Shown here: positions 37,663 to 46,882 of the stretch, in pieces
Layout: each line of letters starts with the position of its first letter
Position numbering within the stretch: the first letter of the stretch is position 1
IMG/VR virus record: IMGVR_UViG_3300049811_000692
Coordinates: 41,429 to 105,428 of that record
DNA: 64,000 bases
Strand: one strand, 5' to 3'
From: a virus
The notes under the pieces: generated by a model
What the model saw: only the letters and a program-made list of their open reading frames with translations
Told to the model about the DNA's origin: nothing
The model's database searches: none
Program-made: the position numbers and the translations under genes

Positions 37663-38364
37663 TCAGTCCTCGTCCTCAAGGAGGGCCTTCAGGTCGAACG
37701 GCCTGTCGTAGGCGATCGCGGCATGCGCCGGCACCGCGTACTCGTAGATCTTGAAGCGGTTCGTGCCGCCCGCCAGCGAGCCTTCGCCGGAGAAATTGCT
37801 CCCCTCGTCGTAGCAGACGATGTGGAAGGCGATGTCCGGGTAGGTCTCGCAGATCTTCTCGAAGATCGGCTCGGGCGGCGACCAGGCGGTGTCGAACCTG
37901 AACTCCAGATCGTGCTCGGTCTGCGAGACGACGTGGAACTGGTAAGCGTTCCACTTCGTCCCCCAGTTGGCGACCGACCAGCCGTACCAGTTGTAGTGGC
38001 CGGTCTGGCGGTGGAGCTGGATCATCTTCTCGGCCGTGGGGATGGCGGTGGGATGATCCTTCTTCAGCCAGGCGAGCACGTCCTCGCGGGTCTTCAGGCC
38101 TTGGGTCTCGGCCCACGGGTAGGCCCGCGGGTCGCAGGGTTCCGACATGACGCCGCCGGCGGGCTCGCCGAGCGCCCAGAGGGCGTAGCTCTCGCTCGAG
38201 CCCGAGACGGTCTCGGCCATGCCGGGCGGCATGGGGATCAGCGTGTTGAAGTCGAAGATCCGGTCGCCGTTCTCGCGCGTGGTCGTGACCGCCGCGAGGA
38301 ACGCGGCGATCCGTCCCTCCGCGGGGCAGTAGGCCCGGACGCGGTGGGTGACGTGGTTGGGCAT
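37663..38364 (-). CDS. Cassette gene, DUF1281/YubB ferredoxin-like family
   Basis: MPNHV, FDFNTLIPMP, WYGWSVANWGTKWNA, FDTAWSPPEP. Confidence 0.85.
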   Translation of the reverse strand: MPNHVTHRVRAYCPAEGRIAAFLAAVTTTRENGDRIFDFNTLIPMPPGMAETVSGSSESYALWALGEPAGGVMSEPCDPRAYPWAETQGLKTREDVLAWLKKDHPTAIPTAEKMIQLHRQTGHYNWYGWSVANWGTKWNAYQFHVVSQTEHDLEFRFDTAWSPPEPIFEKICETYPDIAFHIVCYDEGSNFSGEGSLAGGTNRFKIYEYAVPAHAAIAYDRPFDLKALLEDED

Positions 38365-38455
38365 GGTGCTGTCCTTCGGCCCCAGGCAGGGGGCCTCAAC
38401 TGGCCGCACCAGGTGGTGCGGCGGGCCGCCCCCTATGATGGAGGCGGTGGTCGCA

Positions 38456-38674
38456 TCATGCGACCTGTCGGTGGATGGCGTCCGACGCCTCGGCCGGGGT
38501 CGAGTACGAGCCGATCAGCTCGCTCTCGCTTCGGCCGGAGGCGAAGATGAGCTGCCGGGAGACCGTGTGCCGCCCGGAAGACGACGAGAGGACGTAGCTC
38601 CGGTGGACGACGGGGTCGTGGCGGTGAGGGGGAGGCGCGCCGCGGGAGGGGCGCCGACCGCGGTGGGTGGTCAC
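38456..38674 (-). CDS. Cassette gene, small hypothetical
   Basis: Element SD then GTG. Confidence 0.55.
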   Translation of the reverse strand: MTTHRGRRPSRGAPPPHRHDPVVHRSYVLSSSSGRHTVSRQLIFASGRSESELIGSYSTPAEASDAIHRQVA

Positions 38675-38765
38675 AGGTTGTGGTCCTTCGCCCCATGCAG
38701 GGGGCGCGACTGGCCGCCCCAGGGTGGGGCGGCGGGGCCAGGGCGCGCGAGGCGCCGCTGGCGGG

Positions 38766-39041
38766 TCACGAAGCCAGGCGCGCAAGCTCCTGGTCGAGGG
38801 CTTCGCGCGAGGTGGCGACGATCCGGAAGACCGCGCGCGATGAGCCGGTTGCGCAGCGCGTGGCCTGCCAGGCGTCGGGCCAGGTGTCGGGGTCGCAGAA
38901 GATCGGCGACGCCGGCCGGATGTTCCAAGGGCCCTCGAACGAAGTCGTGGCGCGGAGGCGGTCGGCGAACACGCTGGCAGACACCTCGTGGATTGCGGGG
39001 CCTGGCTGGGTCGCCAGGAGGTGCATCGTGGTGTCGCTCAC
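38766..39041 (-). CDS. Cassette gene, small hypothetical
   Basis: Element SD then GTG. Confidence 0.6.
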   Translation of the reverse strand: MSDTTMHLLATQPGPAIHEVSASVFADRLRATTSFEGPWNIRPASPIFCDPDTWPDAWQATRCATGSSRAVFRIVATSREALDQELARLAS

Positions 39042-39133
39042 GGGGTTGTGGTCCTTCGCCCCATGCAGGGGGCGCGACTGGCCGCCCCAGGACAGGGCGG
39101 CGGGGCCAGGGCGCGCGAAGCGCCGCTGGCGAG

Positions 39134-39391
39134 TCATGCCTCGTTGAGATGGAAGGCGATTTGTGTCCCGTCGGCATCCCGATGGGAGATGTGAATCACG
39201 TCCCTCTCGACGCAGGTGAAGGCGACGCTTGGCCGCCCGGGGCCGAGGCCCAGGACAAGCGGCGTGGAGCCGATCGGCACGGCCTCCCAGATGAAGGGAA
39301 GGCCGAGGGGGTCGCCGTGGGTCGGTGGCGCGCCGAGCAGCTCGGCGGCCGCGTCGATGAGCGACTTGCCCAGGACGAACGCGAGCGCCAT
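39134..39391 (-). CDS. Second gene of a two-gene cassette
   Basis: TGATG coupling. Confidence 0.55.
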   Translation of the reverse strand: MALAFVLGKSLIDAAAELLGAPPTHGDPLGLPFIWEAVPIGSTPLVLGLGPGRPSVAFTCVERDVIHISHRDADGTQIAFHLNEA

Positions 39392-39537
39392 CAGCGGTCG
39401 CCGGTGAAGAGCGATCGCCGCCGCTGGTGACGGCGCCGCTCGAGCTGCGCATGGACGGCGAGGATGGCGGCGACGGCCAGGAAGGCGAGGCCGCCGATGG
39501 TGCCGGCGACGTGAAGCACGGCCAGGAAGAAAGCCAT
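39391..39537 (-). CDS. Cassette gene, 48-aa membrane peptide
   Basis: MAFFLAVLHVAGTIGGLAFLAVAAILAV...; element SD; below ORF-track cutoff. Confidence 0.6.
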   Translation of the reverse strand: MAFFLAVLHVAGTIGGLAFLAVAAILAVHAQLERRRHQRRRSLFTGDR

Positions 39538-39633
39538 GGTGGGTGTCCTTCGTCCCCAGGCAGGGGGACGCGACTGGCCGCCCCAGGGCGGGGCGGCGGG
39601 GCCAGGGCGCGCGAGGCGCCGCTGGCGGGCGAG

Positions 39634-40284
39634 CTACAGGGGCTCGATGTTGTCGATGATGGTGGCGTCGCCAGCGTAGCCGCCGATCCACTCGCCGTCG
39701 GGATCGCCCTCTTCGAGCATCTCCTCGGCGAGCTGCCGGGCGTGCATGGCGCTGCGCGCCTCGATCTTCACCTTCAGGGTCTCCCAGCGCTTGCGCGAGA
39801 AGGTCACCGCGTAGGTGCCGACCTCCTCGGCCGCATCGGGCGGAAGCTCGATGGGCGGAAGGGGCGCCAGATCGACTTTGCTCTCGGCGAGGAGGAGTGC
39901 GATGGCGGCCGGCCCTCGCTCCAGGGTGGCCGCCATGGTGGCCAGACCGATGGTCGGGTTGCCGTCGTGGTCGGCCGTGTAGGCGACCGGATCAGCGCCG
40001 GGACGGTAGATCGTCACGGCCGGCCCGTACTCGTAGCCAGGGCCAGTGTGGACCCTTGCGTGCAGCTGAAACCGCACGAGCAGATCCGTCAGCGAGTTCC
40101 ATGTGCCGTAGTTCACCTCGTCCTGGTCAATCAGGATGTGCTCCTCGTCGGAGGAGCCATCGATGACCTCCTCGATGTTCGAGAAGGTGACGGGCTCCCT
40201 GTCGAGGAGGTCTCGCAGGCCGGTAAGGGCGTCCGCCGAAATGGGGCCGCCGATGGTGACGTTGACGGTGCAGCGATCACCCAT
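39634..40284 (-). CDS. Cassette gene, hypothetical
   Basis: MGDR...IGG; AAGGAG SD from the element. Confidence 0.75.
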   Translation of the reverse strand: MGDRCTVNVTIGGPISADALTGLRDLLDREPVTFSNIEEVIDGSSDEEHILIDQDEVNYGTWNSLTDLLVRFQLHARVHTGPGYEYGPAVTIYRPGADPVAYTADHDGNPTIGLATMAATLERGPAAIALLLAESKVDLAPLPPIELPPDAAEEVGTYAVTFSRKRWETLKVKIEARSAMHARQLAEEMLEEGDPDGEWIGGYAGDATIIDNIEPL

Positions 40285-40358
40285 GGGGGTGTCTCCTTCG
40301 TCCCCAGGCAGGGGGACGCGACTGGCCGCCCCAGGGCGGGGCGGCGGGAGGCGGATAT

Positions 40359-40396
40359 GCAAAAGCCCCCACCCGCGGGGGCGGATGGGGGCTTTC
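40359..40396 (-). terminator. Terminator-like hairpin inside array B
   Basis: AAAGCCCCCATCCGC-loop-GCGGGTGGGGGCTTTT on minus strand. Confidence 0.6.
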
Positions 40397-40399
40397 GGG

Positions 40400-40570
40400 T
40401 CAGGCGGCCGCGTCGAGCTCGTTCTGGAGCTTGGCGTTGCGCTCGCGCAGGCGGGCGACGGCGCGGGCCGGCTCACCCCGGGGGTGGACCATGTCGTACA
40501 CGATCACGCCGCCGATTGCGGTCATGGCGCCGTAGAAGCCGGCGACCAGGAAGTTGGTGGCGATGCCCAT
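40400..40570 (-). CDS. Cassette gene, 56-aa membrane peptide
   Basis: TM helix then basic coiled coil. Confidence 0.65.
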   Translation of the reverse strand: MGIATNFLVAGFYGAMTAIGGVIVYDMVHPRGEPARAVARLRERNAKLQNELDAAA

Positions 40571-40768
40571 GGTGGGGTTGTCCTTCGGCCCAGTCAGGGG
40601 CCTCGACTGACCACCCCACAGCGGGGCGGCTGGTCGGCCCCCCGCTCGACCGCCGCCCGAGGGAGCGGCAGGAGCAGGGGGCCCTTTCGCGCCTCGACCG
40701 GAGGCGCACGACGGGCCGCCTCGGTGGGGCGGCAAGGTGCCCAGCTGCCGGCTGGGCTCGGGGTCGGT

Positions 40769-40966
40769 TCAGCCGACCAACTTCGGGGCCTGCCCGCGCG
40801 GGGGCTGGCGGGCCGCGATCTCGTTCTGGAGCCGCTGGGCGCGGCGCTCGAGGGCGAGCTGCTGGCCGACACGGAAGGCGGCGGCGCCGATGCCGACGCC
40901 CGCGACGACCGTGAAGCCGATCACGGCCGCCTGAGCGGCCTTTTCCGAGACGAACGCGAGGTTCAT
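40769..40966 (-). CDS. Cassette gene, 65-aa membrane peptide
   Basis: TM helix then basic coiled coil. Confidence 0.65.
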   Translation of the reverse strand: MNLAFVSEKAAQAAVIGFTVVAGVGIGAAAFRVGQQLALERRAQRLQNEIAARQPPRGQAPKLVG

Positions 40967-41172
40967 GGGGAATGTCCTTCGGCCCAGACAGGGGCCTCAG
41001 CTGGCCGCCCCAGGGTGGGGTGGCTGGGCCCTCGCCGTCGGAGGGGTCCGGCGGCGAGGGGGAGGGTAGTAGGGGTAGTGGTTCGATCCCCGGCCGGGGG
41101 ATCTCGACGGGCCACCCCAGCATGGGGTGGCGCCAGACCGCCCGGGCACGAGGCCCAGGCGATTGGAAAGGG

Positions 41173-41343
41173 TCAGGCGGCCTTCTTGGTCTCCTCGACC
41201 GCCTTCGCGGCGCGGCGCTTGGCGAGCGCCTGGCGGGCGGCCGGGATGCCGTGCGTGACGGTGAGGGTCACGCCGACGCCGGCGGCGACGCCGATGGCGT
41301 ACGGGAGGGCGGGGCGAACGAAGGCGAGGGCGTTCTGGAACAT
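41173..41343 (-). CDS. 56-aa membrane peptide, first gene of unit B
   Basis: SD GGAG; MFQNALAFVRPALPYAIGVAAGVGVTLTV...KKAA. Confidence 0.65.
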   Translation of the reverse strand: MFQNALAFVRPALPYAIGVAAGVGVTLTVTHGIPAARQALAKRRAAKAVEETKKAA

Positions 41344-41393
41344 GATGTTCTCCAGTCCAATCAGAGAGGGGTAATTCCCTGCTCTGTAGGTGT

Positions 41394-41423
41394 ATTATTA
41401 CGCCTAAATACGTGTCATGGCAA
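41394..41423 (-). promoter_or_regulatory. Sigma70 promoter for array B
   Basis: TTGCCA-17 nt-TAATAA(T) with AT-rich upstream DNA. Confidence 0.7.
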
Positions 41424-41435
41424 GTAAAAAGTGAA

Positions 41436-41471
41436 GAAACCCAAGAAAAACGGGTGTTTTTCTTGGGTTCT
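41436..41471. terminator. Terminator hairpin
   Basis: acccaagaaaaac / gtttttcttgggt. Confidence 0.7.
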
Positions 41472-41477
41472 GGGCCG

Positions 41478-41945
41478 TCAGAAGGGCAACAGTGCCTCTT
41501 CAGGTGGCGGGGAGATGTGGCCGCTCACGCGAAGCCGGATGGTGTTCTGAGCTTCGAGCAGGCCGTAAAAGGCGTGATCGAAGCTGCGGATGAAGTCCGG
41601 ATTCAGGTGTGTGAGCGCCTGATCGTAGCAGGGGCTCACACGGTTAGTGGCGATGGTCATTGCCTGGGGTGAGCAGGCGAAGAGCGCCGCCGTAACCGCG
41701 TCGCGACGCCGAACGACCATCCCGAAGAACGGGATGAGGTCGAGGTCGAAGTTCTCCAGGGTGGCCGAGGGCTCCTCGTCGCGGCCGACGTCCAGGTGGT
41801 AGAGGCTCTCGTCGAGCCGGCCGAGCATGTTGTGGTGGAGCTCGCGGAGTTCCATGCCGCAGATTGACCGGTAGTTGGGGGGCGCGAGGCCGCAGAACGG
41901 CGGCTCGGGTTCGTCGGGCACGTAGCCCGAATCAAAGGGGGCCAT
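41478..41945 (-). CDS. Hypothetical protein, self-contained transcription unit
   Basis: SD AAGGA; promoter TTGCTT-16 nt-TATATT at 42010-42037. Confidence 0.65.
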   Translation of the reverse strand: MAPFDSGYVPDEPEPPFCGLAPPNYRSICGMELRELHHNMLGRLDESLYHLDVGRDEEPSATLENFDLDLIPFFGMVVRRRDAVTAALFACSPQAMTIATNRVSPCYDQALTHLNPDFIRSFDHAFYGLLEAQNTIRLRVSGHISPPPEEALLPF

Positions 41946-42036
41946 GATGGCGTCCTTCTGCCCGGCGAGGGCAGCGGGATGCGGCCCCTGAGACGCAGGG
42001 CGATGAGCCAATATACCACAACGGACTGAAAAAGCA

Positions 42037-42070
42037 AGAAAACCCGCCGCAACCGAAGTCGCGGCGGGGT
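42037..42070 (-). terminator. Terminator ending array C
   Basis: CCCGCCGCGAC-TTCG-GTTGCGGCGGG-TTTTCTT. Confidence 0.85.
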
Positions 42071-42075
42071 CTTGG

Positions 42076-42612
42076 TCACAGCTCGCGCAGGAGCGCGACG
42101 AGCCGGTGAAGGGCGTCGATCGCGTGGTTGTGCTCGGCCCAATCCTCGCTGCGGCTCTCGCTCGCGGCCTGCTCCACCAAGGCGCGCTGCTGTTGGGCGA
42201 CCATCTCCAAGATCAGGGTGACGCCTGCGCGGTGGATGGAGTGGGATCCCATGATGAGCAGGAGCTGGATGGCGATGTCCTGGTTGCGCTCGCCGAGGGC
42301 GCCAGTGTCGGCGTCCTGGTCCACCAGGCGAGGGACGAGATCGCGCAAGGCCTGCAGCACGGAGGCGGGATAGGTGGACCGGAGCAGCTGCTCCAGTGCA
42401 AGCGTGCAGAAGAGCGTGTCGCCGGCGGCGAACAGGCGGTGGTGGCGACCGTCCCAGGCCCAGCGAACCGGGATCTGCCGGTTGTCCTGCAGGGTGAGGG
42501 TGGCAGGAAACGGATCGTTGCCGGCGCGGATGTGCTGGTCGGCGTCCACCTTGTCGGCGGGGATGCGGCACGGAATGTGCCCGTACAGCCATCCGTTGAT
42601 CGTCGAGGTCAT
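42076..42612 (-). CDS. Cassette gene, hypothetical
   Basis: AAGGAG then ATG. Confidence 0.75.
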   Translation of the reverse strand: MTSTINGWLYGHIPCRIPADKVDADQHIRAGNDPFPATLTLQDNRQIPVRWAWDGRHHRLFAAGDTLFCTLALEQLLRSTYPASVLQALRDLVPRLVDQDADTGALGERNQDIAIQLLLIMGSHSIHRAGVTLILEMVAQQQRALVEQAASESRSEDWAEHNHAIDALHRLVALLREL

Positions 42613-42703
42613 GGCGGTGATCTCCTTCGTCCCCAAGCAGGGGGACGCGACTGGCCGCCCCAGGGCGGGGCGGCGGGTCCCTGGCCTTGCGGCCAGGGGG
42701 TGC

Positions 42704-42874
42704 TCAGCGCCGTCGCCGGCGCGGGCGCTTGTACCAGGAGCGATCCCGGACGACCCGCACGAGCGGCGGGGCGGCCAGGTTCTCCCAGCGCAGCATCCGC
42801 GCCGCCGCGGCGGCGTCGCGCCTCGTGCGGTAGCAGGTCGGCGCCAGAAGGCCATCGACGCGCAGGGTGTACAT
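42704..42874 (-). CDS. Small basic protein, second gene of cassette
   Basis: TGATG coupling. Confidence 0.5.
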   Translation of the reverse strand: MYTLRVDGLLAPTCYRTRRDAAAAARMLRWENLAAPPLVRVVRDRSWYKRPRRRRR

Positions 42875-43179
42875 CACGCACCCCCCTGGTGGCGCGCCTT
42901 GAGGAGCTCGTAGCTCCAAGACGTGATGCCGATGGGGGTGAGGCCGATGTCGAGCAAGGTCTCGTTCATCGCGAGAACCTCGCCCTCAATCTCGGCCGTG
43001 CGGATGATGTGCCCGCCCGTGATGCAGGGCGTCGCGCAGGTGCGGATGCGCTCGAAGAGCTCCTGGGCCTGGTGGCCGAGGACCATCGCGGGGTCGCACA
43101 GCACGAGGCTGCCCCAGGGGGTGCGGCGCCCCAGCATGGGCGTGCGGGTGGGCTCTGAGAAGTCGAGGTGCAGGGCCAT
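42874..43179 (-). CDS. Cassette gene, hypothetical
   Basis: Element SD then ATG. Confidence 0.7.
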   Translation of the reverse strand: MALHLDFSEPTRTPMLGRRTPWGSLVLCDPAMVLGHQAQELFERIRTCATPCITGGHIIRTAEIEGEVLAMNETLLDIGLTPIGITSWSYELLKARHQGGA

Positions 43180-43272
43180 AGTGGTGTCCTTCGTCCCCGA
43201 GCAGGGGGACGCGACTGGCCGCCCCAGGACGGGGCGGCGGGTGCCCGGGCGCCAAAGCGCCGCGGGCGGGGG

Positions 43273-43911
43273 TCAGGAGGCGGGGGCCGCCAGTTGGGCG
43301 ACCGGCAGCTCTGCCGGCTCCTGGTAGAGCTTCCCGTCGTCGGGGTTCACGTACCAGTTGGCCGGCCCGAAGAGCCGGGCGCCCTTGGCGAGCATGTCCC
43401 CGATCTCCTGGGGCCAGTCCCCGTCCCAGAAGCCGCAGCCGTGGCCTTCGCGGGTGTACCAGAAGTCACGGCCGGCGTGCTCCCAGACCGTGTCGGTGGG
43501 GGACCCGGGCTTGTGGGTGTGCTCGGCGCTGGCGATGCGCGCGGCGTAGTGGGTCAGGAAAACCTCGCAGTCGGCCGTGATGGCCTTGTGCAAGGTCGAG
43601 CTGATCATCTCCCAGGTCCAAGTCTCGTCTTCGGGGCAGGCCGAGAAGAGCGCCGCGGCCACGTAGTCGCCTCGGAACTCCTGAAGCTTCGGGTGCGGGT
43701 TGAGCGTGGACGGCGCGCCGTGCGGCTTGAGGTCGCCCATGCGGAAGTCGGGGTCGCGGCGGACCTCGTACTGGCCGGCGGTCCACAGGCGGCGCCACTT
43801 GTCGGCCCAGGCCATGGCTTCCTCCTTCGTCAGGTAGGGGCCGCTGGCCAGCATGCCGGCGGTGTTGTTCCAGACGCACCAGGCCGGCTCGAGGTCGGGG
43901 GTGTTGGTCAT
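43273..43911 (-). CDS. Cassette gene, two-domain hypothetical
   Basis: AWCVWN N-terminal module; AGRDFWYTREGHGCGFWDGDW C-terminal domain. Confidence 0.8.
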   Translation of the reverse strand: MTNTPDLEPAWCVWNNTAGMLASGPYLTKEEAMAWADKWRRLWTAGQYEVRRDPDFRMGDLKPHGAPSTLNPHPKLQEFRGDYVAAALFSACPEDETWTWEMISSTLHKAITADCEVFLTHYAARIASAEHTHKPGSPTDTVWEHAGRDFWYTREGHGCGFWDGDWPQEIGDMLAKGARLFGPANWYVNPDDGKLYQEPAELPVAQLAAPAS

Positions 43912-44002
43912 GGTGGTGTCCTTCGCTCCGATCAGGGAGCGCGACTGGCCGCCTCACGTCGAGGCGGCGGGGCCCGGGCGCCAAAGCGCCGCGGGCGGGC
44001 CT

Positions 44003-44662
44003 TCACCCGCGGATGGCGGGCTCGGGGTAGTGGAGGGGGCGCGCGCCGGTGATGCGGACCAGGAGGCGGCTTTCGCCGCTCTCTGAGCCGGAAAACGAAA
44101 GGGCGTTGGCGACGGCCGCTTCGCGCGAGAAGTACGGGCCGCGGGGGCTCACGCGGTCGAAGCCGCCGCTGTCCTCCGTGGCGTCCCAGTACCAGCCCGT
44201 CGGCGTGGCATCGGCATCCCACCAGACGGTGACGTCCAGGGTGGGGCGCTCGACGCGCACCTCCTCGGGATTGAGGAGGCCGAGGCGGTTGGCCACGAAC
44301 TCGGGAGGCGCGCCGAGCGCCTGGGCGCAGATCATGAGCCGCGCCGTCTGGGCGATCTCCTCGTGGTAGTCGCTGTAGAAGACGACCACGGGGTCGTTCG
44401 GGGCGTAGTTTCCGCCCAGCAGGCGGTGCGCCACGTAGCGCGCCCCGTCATCGGTCAGGCGGTTCTGCAGGAAGACCTGGCAGCCTTCGCAGTGCGAGGG
44501 GTAATCGCACTCGTCGTCCGTCGTCGGGCCCTTCGGCCAGTCGTCGGAGTCGTAGCTGCTCTCGTCGCCTTCATCGACGTGCTTGGGCATGGGCAGGTGG
44601 CGCTTGATGTGGTCGGTGCAGTCCTCGCACCAGAGCGTGGCGCGGTAGGTGTACACGTCCAT
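44003..44662 (-). CDS. Cassette gene, hypothetical
   Basis: WCEDC...PSHCEGC..FL.N.LT; GWYW...GPYFS.EAA. Confidence 0.8.
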   Translation of the reverse strand: MDVYTYRATLWCEDCTDHIKRHLPMPKHVDEGDESSYDSDDWPKGPTTDDECDYPSHCEGCQVFLQNRLTDDGARYVAHRLLGGNYAPNDPVVVFYSDYHEEIAQTARLMICAQALGAPPEFVANRLGLLNPEEVRVERPTLDVTVWWDADATPTGWYWDATEDSGGFDRVSPRGPYFSREAAVANALSFSGSESGESRLLVRITGARPLHYPEPAIRG

Positions 44663-44756
44663 CGTGGATGTCCTTCGTCCCCGAGCAGGGGGACGCGACT
44701 GGCCGCCTCACGTCGAGGCGGCGGGTGCCCGGGCGCCGAAGCGCCGCGGGCGGGGG

Positions 44757-45701
44757 TTACTCCTCGCGGACGGAGGTGATCTCGGGCTCGCTCTCGGTGC
44801 CGGAAATCAGATCCCAGTCGAGATCGCCGAGCTCGTCGTTGTCGTCCATCTCGCAGACGATGTTCTCGGCCTCCTCGCGGGAGGAGGCCGTGACCATCAT
44901 GGTGGTCTCCTCGGCGACGGTGCGCCGCAGGCGAACGCGGTACTCGCGCTGCACGCGGTCGGTTTCGTCGCGGTAGGCGATGGTCATATCGCACCATTTG
45001 ATCGCGCCGGCATCGCCGGCGACGGGCGGGATCTCGTAGATCTTGAGCGGCCAGTTGCGCGGGCCGACGCTCCAGTACTTGCGCCAGGCGCGGATCACGC
45101 CCGGCATGTCGCCCTTCTCCGCCCGGACGAGCAGATCGTATTCAGAGCCGTCGTCGATTTCGGAGCCGGCGTAGATCGCGGAGTCGTCCGACACGCCGCG
45201 GACCAGGTAGAGGGTCGTGAGCGGCTCGGGCGTCTCCGCAGGCGGCGCCACGGCGGGCGCAGCCTCCGCGGGAGGCGGGTTGGCAGGGAAGCGCCGCACC
45301 GCCTCCTCCACGAAGCCGAGGGCCTGGGAATGGCCGGTGCGGCCCCAGTGGGCCCGCGCCTGCTCCACGGTGAAGTTCCGGCAGCCGGCGCAGATATGCA
45401 GGCCGTCCCGCATGGGGATGGCCCAGAAGACGTAGCCGCGATCGTCCATGCCGAGCCGGTGATGCTGGAGGTGCGGCTGGTGCGTGTTGATGCAGACGCG
45501 CTCCGTCACCATCAGGCCCGGCGGGATCTCGCGGATCGTCGTGGCGACATAGAGGGCGCCCTGGACCGTGAGGTCGGCGGGCAAGATCTCGATGCCGGTG
45601 TCGAGCGTATCGAGGGTGGTTGTGATCAAGGCGCCGACCGGCAGACCCGAGGTCCGCAGAAGTTCTCGCGCGGTAGATCCGGCGTAGCAGTTCTTGGTCA
45701 T
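44757..45701 (-). CDS. Cassette gene, multidomain hypothetical
   Basis: AGCRNFTVEQARAHW module; C-terminal V.ASSREEA module. Confidence 0.75.
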   Translation of the reverse strand: MTKNCYAGSTARELLRTSGLPVGALITTTLDTLDTGIEILPADLTVQGALYVATTIREIPPGLMVTERVCINTHQPHLQHHRLGMDDRGYVFWAIPMRDGLHICAGCRNFTVEQARAHWGRTGHSQALGFVEEAVRRFPANPPPAEAAPAVAPPAETPEPLTTLYLVRGVSDDSAIYAGSEIDDGSEYDLLVRAEKGDMPGVIRAWRKYWSVGPRNWPLKIYEIPPVAGDAGAIKWCDMTIAYRDETDRVQREYRVRLRRTVAEETTMMVTASSREEAENIVCEMDDNDELGDLDWDLISGTESEPEITSVREE

Positions 45702-45793
45702 GGTGGTGTCCTTCGTCCCCGAGCAGGGGGACGCGACTGGCCGCCCCAAGACGGAGCGGCGGGGCCAGGGCGCCGGGGCGCCGCTGGCGGGGG

Positions 45794-46048
45794 TCACGCG
45801 GGCTCAATAGCTTCGATGTGGTGTGCCCCCAACACGATCCCGTAGTAGCGGGCGTCGTGCAGAAGGAGGCCCTGTGCCTTTGGGTCGATCCAACCAAGCT
45901 CGACCACATGGAAGCATCCGGCTGTTGATCCGGTCCTGATGGGCCGGCAGCGCGTGTGGCGGGGGATCACAACGTCGTATTGTAGATCGGAGCTGGATCG
46001 CCCCCATGTGAAGCGAAGCTCCTCGCGGGTCCGATAGGTGGTCATCAC
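45794..46048 (-). CDS. Second gene of cassette
   Basis: Overlap coupling; LLHDARYYGI motif. Confidence 0.65.
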   Translation of the reverse strand: MMTTYRTREELRFTWGRSSSDLQYDVVIPRHTRCRPIRTGSTAGCFHVVELGWIDPKAQGLLLHDARYYGIVLGAHHIEAIEPA

Positions 46049-46371
46049 CGAAACCCGTGCGCGGAGCCGAGCTGGCCGTCGAGCATTCGGACGGCGCCGA
46101 GGTCGGCCATGCGCCAGTTAGCGTCGGGCACCTCGTGATGGAGGCGGCGCGTCGCGTCTGCGGCTCGCCGGTTGTAGGCCTGGTAGGCGCGGTCGGCGAC
46201 AGGGCCAAACCTCATCGGGTCGTAGCGCACGGCGTTTGGGCCGATGTGGCGCACCGACTCCAGGGCGGCCGCGAGGAGGCGCAGGTTGATGGTGCAAGAG
46301 TACGACCAGCGCTTGTACGCGGCGTCGATCTCCAGGTCGGTCTCCATCGGCTGGAGGCCTTCGATGGCCAT
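46045..46371 (-). CDS. Cassette gene, hypothetical
   Basis: Element SD then ATG. Confidence 0.7.
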   Translation of the reverse strand: MAIEGLQPMETDLEIDAAYKRWSYSCTINLRLLAAALESVRHIGPNAVRYDPMRFGPVADRAYQAYNRRAADATRRLHHEVPDANWRMADLGAVRMLDGQLGSAHGFR

Positions 46372-46465
46372 GGTGGGTGTCCTTCGTCCCCAGGCAGGGG
46401 GACGCGACTGGCCGCCTCGAGGTGAGGCGGCGGGTGCCCGGGCGCCAAAGCGCCGCGGGCGGGGG

Positions 46466-46882
46466 TCACGCGGCGGCGGGCCGCGGGTAGAGCAGCTCGA
46501 GCGGGTACTCGCGCAGCAGCACCTCATGGAACGTCTCGCCGATGTAGTCGGCGTTCTCGCTCTCCTCGCTCGTGTCCGGGCGCATCAGCTCGAGCGTCAG
46601 CGTGCGGACGAAGCACGGTCGGGCGATCACGTAGAAGCGCTCGGTCGGTTCGTAGAGGCCGCTTTCGCCCATGCGTCGGTACGAGGTGCTGAACGTCAGT
46701 TTCGTCGCGCTTGAGCTGTCGAGGTCGAACTCGGTGCCGGCGTCGAAGCCGCTGCCTGAGGGCAGGTACTCCCGCGCTATGTAGGCGGCGCGCTCCGCGT
46801 GCATGGAGGCCATGACGTTGAGGGAGCGGTGGTAGGCGTCGGCTGTGCCGGCGAGCGCGCGGTAAAGCGGCGTGGTTCGCAT
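46466..46882 (-). CDS. Cassette gene, hypothetical (first of array C)
   Basis: LPSGSGFDAGT..D...KLTF..SY..M.E.G.Y pattern. Confidence 0.8.
   Translation of the reverse strand: MRTTPLYRALAGTADAYHRSLNVMASMHAERAAYIAREYLPSGSGFDAGTEFDLDSSSATKLTFSTSYRRMGESGLYEPTERFYVIARPCFVRTLTLELMRPDTSEESENADYIGETFHEVLLREYPLELLYPRPAAA

Larger units (their letters stand above)
34850..41028 (-). repeat. Array B: 13 copies of the structured leader element
   Basis: Approx. 34850-34935, 35378-35465, 36117-36195, 36487-36572, 36974-37065, 37568-37654, 38365-38448, 38675-38762, 39042-39130, 39538-39625, 40285-40348, 40571-40632, 40967-41028. Confidence 0.95.

Noticed and set aside
41075-41105. GGTTCGATCCCC as a tRNA T-arm
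   Set aside because: No cloverleaf; it is part of a gatcccc/ggggatc hairpin.
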